Positions 11,001 through 23,000 of a stretch of 64,000 nt of DNA are shown here, one piece after another. The notes below the pieces were generated by a model. That model was not told the DNA's origin. It ran no database searches and saw only the letters and a list, made by a program, of their open reading frames with translations. Numbering within the stretch: the first letter of the stretch is position 1; the number at the start of each line of letters is the position of its first letter. The stretch is from Macrostomum lignano. Lineage: Eukaryota. The translations under genes and the position numbers were made by a program. The stretch spans positions 248,001-312,000 of the forward strand of contig NIVC01000475.1 in assembly GCA_002269645.1 (NCBI GenBank), given 5' to 3'.

Positions 11001-14000
11001 GATTGGTAAAAATGGTTAAATAGCAGATTCAGCAAAGGCAAGCACAGGCACCGGCACAACCACCGGGTTGGCCGCAAAATGCCAAGCTATAAGATTGCTT
11101 AGACAACAAGCCAGTGAGTGAGAATAGAAGAACGTTGAGTCAGCCTCCCTTAGTACCTCATCCGAACTGGTATGGGAGCTGGCATTGGGATACAGACAGC
11201 AGCGAGGATGAGGGACTGAGGGGAAGCCGAGAGGCGAGGGGAGAAACGGCTAGGAAGATAACTATAGAGAATTGGGGCTGGCAGTCAGTCACACAGTGGC
11301 AGACTGAAGGCTGAGAACAGGAGGGGGAGATGAGGTCGGGGGAAACTGCTGCTGCCAACTGCATCACGGTAGACTTCAGGAGTTCTGGGCATTGTCCCCA
11401 GAGTCGGTGACAAAGGCAAACAGGCATATGGGAGAAAACTGAGAGAGGATTCAGCAAAGGAAAAATATGTTTACTTGAATATACATTTATGCCATCAAAT
11501 GAAATTTCAGTCAGATATCACATCACATATCACCTCATGTTGGTTTAGATGGAATCAGCGGGTGAGAAATTAATGGGGAAGGTGAGGGACACAGGGAAAA
11601 TAGAGGATGAGAGTCACTCAGAGAACGGCAGGCAGATGAGGTGAGAGTCACTCAGAGAACGGCAGGCAGATGAGGTGAGAGTCACTCAGAAAACGGCAGG
11701 CAGATGAGGTGAGAGTCACTCCAAGAACGGCAGGCAGATGAGGTGAGAGTCACTCAGAGAACGGCAGGCAGATGAGGTGAGAGTCACTCCAAGAACGGCA
11801 GGCAGATGAGGTGAGAGTCACTCCAAGAACGGCAGGCAGAGGAGGTGAGAGTCACTCAGAGAACGGCAGGCAGATGAGGTGAGACTGAGAGTCACTCCAA
11901 GAACGGCAGGCAGATGAGGTGAGAGTCACTCAGAGAACGGCAGGCAGATGAGGTGAGACTGAGAGTCACTCCAAGAACGGCAGGCAGAGGAGGTGAGAGT
12001 CACTCCGAGAACGGCAGGCAGATGAGGTGAGAGTCACTCCAAGAACGGCAGGCACACACAGTGGCAGACTGAAGGCTGAGAACAGGAGGGGGAGATGAGG
12101 TCGGGGGAAACTGCTGCTGCCAACTGCATCACGGTAGACTTCAGGAGTTCTGGGCATTGTCCCCCAGAGTCGGTGACAAAGGCAAACAGGCATATGGGAG
12201 AAAACTGAGAGAGGATTCAGCAAAGGAAAAATATGTTTACTTGAATATACATTTATGCCATCAAATGAAATTTCAGTCAGATATCACATCACATATCACC
12301 TCATGTTGGTTTAGATGGAATCAGCGGGTGAGAAATTAATGGGGAAGGTGAGGGACACAGGGAAAATAGAGGATGAGAGTCACTCAGAGAACGGCAGGCA
12401 GATGAGGTGAGAGTCACTCAGAGAACGGCAGGCAGATGAGGTGAGAGTCACTCAGAAAACGGCAGGCAGATGAGGTGAGAGTCACTCCAAGAACGGCAGG
12501 CAGATGAGGTGAGAGTCACTCAGAGAACGGCAGGCAGATGAGGTGAGAGTCACTCCAAGAACGGCAGGCAGATGAGGTGAGAGTCACTCCAAGAACGGCA
12601 GGCAGAGGAGGTGAGAGTCACTCAGAGAACGGCAGGCAGATGAGGTGAGACTGAGAGTCACTCCAAGAACGGCAGGCAGATGAGGTGAGAGTCACTCAGA
12701 GAACGGCAGGCAGATGAGGTGAGACTGAGAGTCACTCCAAGAACGGCAGGCAGAGGAGGTGAGAGTCACTCCGAGAACGGCAGGCAGATGAGGTGAGAGT
12801 CACTCCAAGAACGGCAGGCAGAGGAGGTCAGAGCACTCCAAGAACGGCAGGCAGAGGAGGTGAGAGTCACTCCAAGAACGGCAGGCAGAGGAGGTGAGAG
12901 TCACTCCAAGAACGGCAGGCAGAGGAGGTGAGAGTCACTCCAAGAACGGCAGGCAGATGAGGTGAGAGCACTCCAAGAACGGCAGGCAGAGGAGGTGAGA
13001 GTCACTCCAAGAACGGCAGGCAGAGGAGGTCAGAGTCACTCCAAGAACGGCAGGCAGATGAGGTGAGAGTCACTCCGAGAACGCCAGGCAGAGGAGGTGA
13101 GAGTCACTCCGAGAACGGCAGGCAGAGGTGAGAGTCACTCCGAGAACGGCAGGCAGAGGTGAGAGTCACTCCGAGAACGGCAGGCAGAGGAGGTGAGAGT
13201 CACTCCGAGAACGGCAGGCAGATGAGGTGAGAGTCACTCCAAGAACGGCAGGCAGATGAGGTGAGACTGAGAGTCACTCCAAGAACGGCAGGCAGAGGAG
13301 GTGAGAGTCACTCCGAGAATAGCAGGCAGATGAGGTGAGAGTCACTCCGAGAACGGCAGGCAGATGAGGTGAGAGTCACTCCGAGAACGGCAGGCAGATG
13401 AAGTGAGAGTCACTCAGAGAACGGCAGGCAGATGAGGTGAGAGTCACTCAGAGAACGGCAGGCAGAGGAGGTGAGAGTCACTCCGAGAACGGCAGGCAGA
13501 TGAGGTGAGAGTCACTCCGAGAACGGCAGGCAGAGGAGGTGAGAGTCACTCCGAGAACGGCAGGCAGATGAAGTGAGAGTCACTCAGAGAACGGCAGGCA
13601 GAGGTGAGAGTCACTCCGAGAACGGCAGGCAGAGGAGGTGAGAGTCACTCCAAGAACGGCAGGCAGAGGAGGTGAGAGTCACTCCAAGAACGGCAGGCAG
13701 AGGAGGTGAGAGTCACTCCAAGAACGGCAGGCAGAGGAGGTGAGAGTCACTCCGAGAACGGCAGGCAGATGAGGTGAGAGTCACTCCGAGAACGGCAGGC
13801 AGATGAGGTGAGAGTCACTCCGAGAACGGCAGGCAGATGAGGTGAGAGTCACTCCGAGAACGGCAGGCAGATGAGGTGAGAGTCACTCCGAGAACGGCAG
13901 GCAGATCTGGTAGCGGGCACAGCAGCAGTGAAAGTTGCTAACAGGACAAGCGGAAGACACACGGCAGGACCAAAATTAGCATAAGTATCAGGCGGCAAAA

Positions 14001-17000
14001 TGCCCCGAGGGGGGGGAGGCTCGTCCCGGTTGCAGCCAAGGCTCCCCCGGTCTTGCCACTGCTTTGGGAATCAAATAAGTCCTGCTGCTCCTGACTGCGG
14101 TGCTTTTTCATTCCTTGTTTTTTTATTTTTTAGCCTCAGCCTTCCGTCACGAAAAGCCCGCGGCAGTTCGAGGCGTGCGGAGGAAAAAAGTCGCAGTGCA
14201 AAGCAGCAGAGTTTGCGCTTTTTATTTTCAGCCTGCTTCCCCTGTTTGCATTGTTGTGGAAGTCTGGCACGCATTTTTGGTGGGTGGAATTGTTTATTAT
14301 CGGCACCGGGTCACTCTGCGGACCGTCACTGGCTTTGAGAACTTTTATCGCTCGTTGGATCGCTGAAAAACTTTAATACCGCATGAGTTTTGCAATTTGG
14401 TTTGGTAATTATTGATGAAACAATTCAAGCTAACAATTAATGATGCCGTTACCTTTCTTCTACTGACTGACTCATTTTCTCATCACACCCATTTGTCTCT
14501 TATCTCACGTTCCTGTAACTCATCTCACCCTCCAGTCTCTAATCTCACGCTTCAGTCTCTAATCTCACCCTCTAGTCTCTAATCTCACACTCCAGTCTTT
14601 AAACTCACGCTCCAGTCTCTAATCTCACCCTCCAGTCTCTAATCTCACCCTCCAGTCTCTAATCTCACCCTCCAGTCTCTAATCTCACCCTCCAGTCTTT
14701 AAACTCACGCTCCAGTCTCTAATCTCACCCTCCAGTCTCTAATCTCACGCTCCAGTCTCTAATCTCACGCTCCAGTCTCTAATCTCACGCTCCAGTCTCT
14801 AATCTCACCATTCAGTCTCTAATCACACCCATTTGTCTCTTATCTCACGTTCCTGTAACTCATCTCACCCTCCAGTCTCTAATATAACGCTCCAGTCTCT
14901 AATCTCACCATCCAGTCTCTAATCTCACCATCCAGTCTCTAATCATACCCATTTGTCTCTTATCTCACGTTCCTGTAACTCATCTCACCCTTCAGTCTCT
15001 AATCTCACGCTTCAGTCTCTAATCTCACACTCCAGTCTCTAATCTCACTCTCCAGTCTCTAATCTCACCCCCTGTCTCTAATCTCACACTCCAGTCTCCT
15101 ATCTCACACTACAGTCTTTAATCTCACTCTCCAGTCTCTAATCTCACTCTCCAGTCTCTAATCTCACCCTCCTGTCTCCAATCTCACACTCCAGTCTCTA
15201 ATCTCACCCTCCTGTCTCTAATCTCACACTCAAGTCTTTAATCTCACACTCCAGTCTCTAATCTCACCCTCCAGTCTCTAATCTCACCCTCTAGTCTCTA
15301 ATCTCACCCTCCAGACTCTAATCTCACCCTCCAGTCTCTAATCTCACACTACAGTCTCCAATCTCACACTCCAGTCTCCAATCTCACACTCCAGTCTCTA
15401 ATCTCACTCTCCAGTCTCTAATCTCACCCTCCTGTCTCTAATCTCACACTCCAGTCTCTAATCTCACACTACAGTCTTTAATCTCACCCTCCAGTCTGTA
15501 ATTTTTTTCCAATCTCTTATCTCATCCGATTGTCTGATCTGACCAATCTCATGCTTACGAAATTCATCTCAACATCAGTCTCTCATCTCACCTAGGAAAG
15601 AACAGATATCAAAGAGATATAACTTTGAAACTTTTCAAAATGTCAGTAAAATAGTGACAGAAACGAAGCATTTGATTTCACTTAAAAAAATTTTCCTTAA
15701 CCAACAAAACTTCGAAAAATGCATCTGGCTGCACTTGGTTCGAGCGAGTCAGCATCTGCGTAATCCTCATCAACTGCATCACTCTGGGCATGTACCGACC
15801 CTGCGAGGATGAGCAGTGCTCAATGACCCGCTGTCAGATCCTGTCCGGATTCGACCACGCCGTTTTTGCCTTCTTCGCAATCGAAATGCTTGTCAAAGTC
15901 GTTGCCATGGGCTTTCTTGGAAAGCTGGGCTATCTGGGAGATTCTTGGAATCGACTGGACTGCTTCATCGTATTGGCTGGGTGAGTTGTGTTTTGAAAGC
16001 CTGTCACCCTTCACTGTTTTGAAGGCCTATCACCATTCAGTGTTTTGAAGGCCTGTCACCATTCAGTGTTTTGAAGGCCTGTCACCCTTCACTGTTTTGA
16101 AGGCCTGTTACCCTTCACTGTTTTGAAGGCCTGTCACCCTTCACTGTTTTGAAGGCCTGTCACCCTTCACTGTTTTGAAGGCCTATCACCATTCACTGTT
16201 TTGAAGGCCTGTCACCCTTCATTGTTTTGAAGGCCTGTCACTTTACACTGTTTTGAAGGCCTGTCACCTTACACTGTTTTGAAGGCCTATCACCATTCAC
16301 TGTTTTGAAGGCCTGTCACCCTTCATTGTTTTGAAGGCCTGTCACTTTACACTGTTTTGAAGGCCTGTCACCTTACACTGTTTTGAAGGCCTGTCAACTC
16401 GCCCCGCTTGATACCCGAAATTGCATCGATTCCACCCAAGCCGACTCAAACAAGAATCTACTCAGACTTAGGCTAGCAGATTCTCGGCTCCAGATGCCGC
16501 AGTCTTGAATAGATCAGGCAGAGCTGGAACCGGTTGTTAGGCCGAGCTCATGACTAAGGGATAAGATCCTGGACTTGGATTCTGGTCCCCAGGGGGCTGC
16601 AAGATGAAGGTGGGGAGAGGGAGAAGGAGGCCGTTCGAGCTCGTCGGCTCATTGATAATTCAAAGAATTGTCGCTTTTCGGCGTTACTCAAATGTCTTCG
16701 TCTCGGAGACCGTCTCAGTTCCTTCTCTTTTCCTGGCCAGCGGCTGCCCTGGCCAGCTTTGCTGAACTGGGCTCAGGCACTTCACCTACACATTTTTAGC
16801 TCCTTATTCTGACCCTTCATTCCTCCCTTCATCTGACCCCTCATGCCCTTCATTCCTCCCTTCATCTGAACCTTCATGCCCTTCATTCCTCCCTTCATCT
16901 GAACCTTCATGCCCTTCATTCCTCCATTCATCTGAACCTTCATGCCCTTCATTCCTCCCTTCATCTGAACCTTCATTCCCTTCATTCCTCCCTTCATCTG

Positions 17001-20000
17001 ACCCTTCATTCCCTCCATTTCTCCCTTCATCTGACCCTTCATTCCCTTCATTTTTCCCTTCACCTGACCCTTCATTCCCTCCATTCCTCCCTTCATCTGA
17101 CCCTTCATGCCCTTCATTTCTCCCTTCATCTGACCCTTCATTTGATCCATTCCTCCCTTCATCTGATCCTTCATTTGATCCATTTCTTCCTTTATATGAC
17201 CCTTCCTTCCTTATTTGACCCTTCATTTCCTTAATCTGACCCTTCATTCCCTTCATCTGACCCTTCATTCCCTTTTCCAACCCTTCATTCCCTTCATCTG
17301 ACCTTTCCTTTTTCTGCTTTTCTTCTCTTATTTTTTATCCCTACGTCTCTCCCCCTTTTGATTTCCCTACATTTCAATGCATAGAGTTATATTCTTATTA
17401 GCTTTCCTAACACGCATCAATAGTTGAGTAATTTTATCCTGTCACTCCCCTGAACAGAACCTTGGAGTACCTGCCGCAGACCAAGGACCTGAGTCTAACA
17501 GCCATTCGAACCATTCGCGTACTGAGGCCTCTCCGAGCCATTAACCGCATTCCAAGTGAGCTTTCTTCTATAGAAATTTACTAGTTTATACCTATCTGAC
17601 TGAATACCTGCCTAAATACCTGTCTCAGTACCTGTTTAAATATCTGTCTGAATACCTTTTTGAACACCTGTGTGAATACCTGTTTAAATACCTGTCTGAA
17701 TACGTGTCCAAACAAATGTTTAAATAATTGTCTCAATACCTTTTTGATTACCTGTCTGAATATCGTCTAAATACCTGTTCTGAATACCTTTTTAAATACC
17801 TGACTGAATACCTTTTTAAATACCTGACTGAATACCTTTTTAAATACCTGACTGAATACCTTTTTAAATACCTGACTGAATACCTTTTTAAATACCTGAC
17901 TGAATACCTGCTTGAATACCTGTGTGAATACCTCTGAGAATACCTGTTTATATACCTGTTTAAATAACTGTTTAAAATATGCCTGAATGCCTGTCTGAAT
18001 ACCTGTTTAAATACCTGTCGGAATACCTTTCTGAATACCCATTTAAATACCTGTCTGAACCTTTTTAAATACCCATATTTAACAATTTGCATTCACCAAC
18101 ACGCAGGCATGCGGATCCTGGTGATGCTGCTGCTGGACACCCTGCCAATGCTTGGCAACGTGCTGCTGCTCTGCTTTTTCGTGTTCTTCATCTTCGGCAT
18201 TATCGGGGTGCAGCTGTGGAAGGGCCTCCTGCGCCACCGGTGCTACTTGGAGTCCAACTTCACCTACCCGCATCCGGGGTGAGACTGAGACTGCGTCCCA
18301 ACCAAAATTCCCAACTAAATTAGAAACTTCCATAGCTGCCTCTCCTGACTCTCAAAGCTGCCTCTCCTGACTCTCATAGCTGTCTCTCCTGACTCTCATA
18401 CGCTCGTAGCTGTCTCTCCTGACTCTCATACGCTCGTAGCTGTCTCTCCTGACTCTCATAGCTGTCTCTCCTGACTCTCAAAGCTGCCTCTCCTGACTCT
18501 CATAGCTGTCTCTCCTGACTCTCATACGCTCGTAGCTGTCTCTCCTGACTCTCATAGCTGTCTCTCCTGACTCTCATACGCTCGTAGCTGTCTCTCCTGA
18601 CTCTCATAGCTGTCTCTTCTGACTCTCATACGCTCGTAGCTGTCTCTCCTGACTCTCATAGCTGTCTCTCCTGACTCTCATAGCTGCCTCTCCTGACTCT
18701 CATAGCTGCCTCTCCTGACTCTCATAGCTGCCTCTCCTGACTCTCATAGCTGCCTCTCCTGACTCTCATAGCTGCCTCTCCTGACTCTCATAGCTGCCTC
18801 TCCTGACTCTCATAGCTGCCTCTCCTGACTCTCATAGCTGCCTCTCCTGACTCTCATAGCTGCCTCTCCTGACTCTCATAGCTGCCTCTCCTGACTCTCA
18901 TAGCTGCCTCTCCTGACTCTCATAGCTGCCTCTCCTGACTCTCATAGCTGCCTCTCCTGACTCTCATAGCTGCCTCTCCTGACTCTCATAGCTGCCTCTC
19001 CTGACTCATTTAGCGGCCTTTCCTGACTCATAGCTGTCCCTGCTGACTCTAAATAGCCCATTTATGGAGAACTTAAGTACAAAGACGGTTTCATTAAACC
19101 TAGTACCCAAGAAGCAATGTACCAACTCAGAACATGATAATCTGTTTATTAAACTTCTGATAAACTGATAAAACCGGCTTCCAGTGAAGCGCGTCTTGGC
19201 AAGGACTAATTAAGAAGATGACGGACACTCAAGCCGTCCTACTAGAGATCTCCTTGATAAACCAGCCTCCCCCCATATACCTTCCAGCATGAACCTGAGC
19301 GAGTACTACAAGCCGAACACCAGCGTTGACACCCCGGTTGCTGCCAAAGATTTCATCTGCGCCCTGGAGGACTCCAGCGGCATCCAGACCTGCAAGAACA
19401 TCAAACCCACCGTGCTCTGGCCCGACGATGGCCGCAAATATCTCAGCTGCAACCGGTCCGCTAATATGCGCGGTGACAACAAGCCTACTAATAGTAGCTG
19501 CGTTAACTGGAATCAGTACTACACTCAGTGCAGGCCCGGGTTCAGTAATCCCTACATGGGATCCATCAACTTTGACAACATCGGATTCGCCTGGGTGGCC
19601 ATCTTTCAGGTTCGTCAGGATTTTTTTAAATATAGTCGATTCAAACTAGACTGTTTGGCAACCAATCAGACTCGAGGAGGGGTTCAGAGAGTCGCAGGGA
19701 ATGAAGAATGTACAGCAATCTGAAGGCGAAACTTCTTCAACCAATCAGACTCGAGGAGGGGGCAGAGAGACGCGGGGAAGGAAGAATGTAGAGCAATCTG
19801 AAGGCGAAACTTCTTCAACCAATCAGACTCGAGGAGGGGGGCAGAGAGTCGCGGGGAAGGAAGAGTGTACAGCAATCTGAATGGTGAAACTTCTTTAACC
19901 AATCAGACTCGAGGAGGGGATCAGAGAGTCGCGGGGAAGGAAGAGTGTACAGCAATCTGAATGGTGAAACTTCTTCAACCAATCAGACTCGAGGAGGGGG

Positions 20001-23000
20001 TCAGAGAGTCGCGGGGAAGGAAGAGTGTACAGCAATCTGAATGGTGAAACTTCTTCAACCAATCAGACTCGAGGAGGGGGTCAGAGAGTCGCGGGGAAGG
20101 AAGAGTGTACAGCAATCTGAAGGCGAAACTTCTTCAACCAATCAGACTCGAGGAGGGGTCAGAGAGTCGCGGGGAATGAAGAATGCACAGCAATCTGAAG
20201 GCGAAACTTCTTCAACCAATCAGACTCGAGGAGGAGTCAGAGAGTCGCGGGGAATGAAGAATGCACAGCAATCTGAAGGCGAAACTTCTTCAACCAATCA
20301 GACTCGAGGAGGGAGGCAGAGAGTCGCGGGGAAGGAAGAGTGTACAGCAATCTGAATGGCGAAACTTCTTCAACCAATCAGACTCGAGGAGGGAGGCAGA
20401 GAGTCGCGGGGAAGGAAGAGTGTACAGCAATCTGAATGGCGAAACTTCTTCAACCAATCAGACTCGAGGAGGGGGGCAGAGAGTCGCGGGGAAGGAAGAG
20501 TGTACAACAGACTGAAGGAGAAGCTTTGCAACAAAATCAGTAAAAACAAAAAATTCAAAAGCGAGAAAAACCATTTAAAATGAGCAAATAAAAAGCTTTT
20601 CATGCCAAAGCAATTAATTTTTTGTTAAACGTCTTCTAAAAACGTCTTCCACAAGCAGTGACTGGTTGTTCTTTTTGACTCTCTGTTTGGATAAGGAAAA
20701 GAGATTTTTATTGCAAGAAAGATTTCGTGCAGAGAAATCTCTGGCCAGACTCCCGTCAGACATTGCGGCTTAATGAGATTTTTGGAGTCGTTGCAGAGCC
20801 AGCCGCGTGTCTGACTCAAAATCCGAGGCTACCCAGGCATTAATTTGAATAATTGCCACAACCCAGAATCATCCCCTAAGCTGAGGCGTCCGCCCGTTTT
20901 GTGTTGGAGATTTTTACTCTCAATGCTGATTAGATTAACGTTGCTGATTAGAAATAGGCATTTGTGAGCCGGAATTCGAGTCATGCTACAAAAAAAAGCG
21001 ATTTTATTTCAAATGATTTTGCACAAAATTGAATTCGCATATAAAAGTGCAAGATCTGTCTGTGTTTGTTTTTTACTTTGAACAATTCAAACAAAATAGC
21101 GCGCCAATTTAATTTGTAAAATTCGTATCAGGTGATCAGTCTGGAGAGCTGGGTGGACATCATGTACTATGTGCAGGACGCACACTCGTTCTGGGACTGG
21201 ATGTACTTTGTGGCTCTGATTGTGGTAAGTTCAGTGATCTGTTTGAACCCGAAGTTTAGGGTTGAAATCTTGCAGATTGAGCTGTCAGTGTGAGGTTGAG
21301 CGGGCGTTCACTGGGTAGATAGCGGGAGCTCACTGGGTAGATAGCGGGAGTTCACTGGTTAGATAGTGGGAGTTCACTGGGTAGATAGCGGGAGTTCACT
21401 GGTTAGATAGTGGGAGCTCACTGGGTAGATAGCGGGAGTTCACTGGGTAGATAGCGGGAGTTCACTGGTTAGATAGTGGGAGCTCACTGGGTAGATAGCG
21501 GGAGTTCACTGGGTAGATAGCGGGAGTTCACTGGTTAGATAGCGGGAGTTCACTGGGTAGATAGCGGGAGTTCACTGGTTAGATAGTGGGAGCTCACTGG
21601 GTAGATAGCGGGAGTTCACTGGGTAGATAGTGGGAGTTCACTGGGTAGATAGTGGGAGTTCACTGGGTAGATAGCGGGAGTTCACTGGTTAGATAGTGGG
21701 AGCTCACTGGGTAGATAGCGAGAGTCACTGGGTAGATAGCGGGAGTCACTGGGTAGATAGCGGGAGTCACTGAGTAGATAGCGGGAGTCACTGGGTAGAT
21801 AGCGGGAGTTCACTGGGTAGATAGCGGGAGTCACTGAGTAGATAGCGGGAGTTCACAGCCAAAAGCCCGCAACTCTCCAGATCGGCTCGTTCTTCATGAT
21901 CAACCTGTGCCTGGTTGTCATAGCAACCCAGTTCTCGGAGACCAAGCGCCGCGAAGTGGAAAAGATGATGCTGGAGCGGCAGCGCTACCAGTCCAGCTCG
22001 AGTCTGGAGAGCAGCAGGCAGCCTGGCAGCTGCTACAGTCAGATTGTCCGCCTCATCATTCGAGTCTGCAAGCGGGGCTGCCGCAGACTCTGGCATCGGT
22101 GGCGCCAGATGAGCCGCTCGAATCTGGCCAGTTCGACCTGTCACGAGCCGGCGGCTGGGCTTCCGTTCCAGCAACAGCGACGAGTTGCTGGTTCGGCGTC
22201 CCTGGCTCCGCCGCCCATGGCCACGCCGGAGCTGTCAGATGTCGATTCGCAGAATTCGCCTCGGCTACTGGGAGGTCGCGGTGGCGGCGGAGTGGTGAAC
22301 CTCCGAGTGCTTCTGACTGCTCCATCGGGACTCGGCGAGTGTGCAGCTGGCAGCGGAAATGGCGGCGGCGTCAGCAGTCGTCGTTCGTCGTTGAACAGCT
22401 CGACGGCCGCTTGGTCGATTGCTCGAGGCTACACGGAGCGGGACCTGTTCGCCACAGGACTGTCCGGTGGTGAGTGAGCGGGACTGCTTGAGAGTGAGCG
22501 GGACTGTTTGAGAGTGAGCGGGACTGTTTGAGAGTGAGCGGGACTGCTTGAGAGTGAGCGGGACTGTTTGAGAGTGAGCGGGACTGTTTGAGAGTGAGCG
22601 GGACTGTTTGAGAGTGAGCGGGACTGCTTGAGAGTGAGCGGGACTGCTTGAGAGTGAGCGGGACTGCTTGAGAGTGAGCGGGACTGCTTGAGAGTGAGCG
22701 GGACTGCTTGAGAGTGAGCGGGACTGCTTGAGAGTGAGCGGGACTGCTTGAGAGTGAACGGGACTGCTTGAGAGTGAGCGGGACTGCTTGAGAGTGAGCG
22801 GGACTGCTTGAGAGTGAGCGGGACTGCTTGAGAGTGAGCGGGACTGCTTGAGAGTGAGCGGGACTGCTTGAGAGTGAGCGGGACTGCTTGAGAGTGAGCG
22901 GGACTGCTTGAGAGTGAGCGGGACTGCTTGAGAGTGAGCGGGACTGCTTGAGAGTGAGCGGGACTGCTTGAGAGTGAACGGGACTGCTTGAGAGTGAGCG

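Larger units (their letters stand above)
8014..15734 (+). other. U12-type (minor spliceosome) AT-AC intron
   Basis: Donor ATATCCTTTC at 8014; branch site TTCCTTAAC at 15693-15701; AC acceptor at 15733-34 (or 15709-10); splicing restores ITWP|WFERVS. Confidence 0.9.

Noticed and set aside
19661-20515. CRISPR-like regular array (80-bp period)
   Set aside because: The units are near-identical throughout, with no unique spacers and no cas genes; eukaryotic intron.
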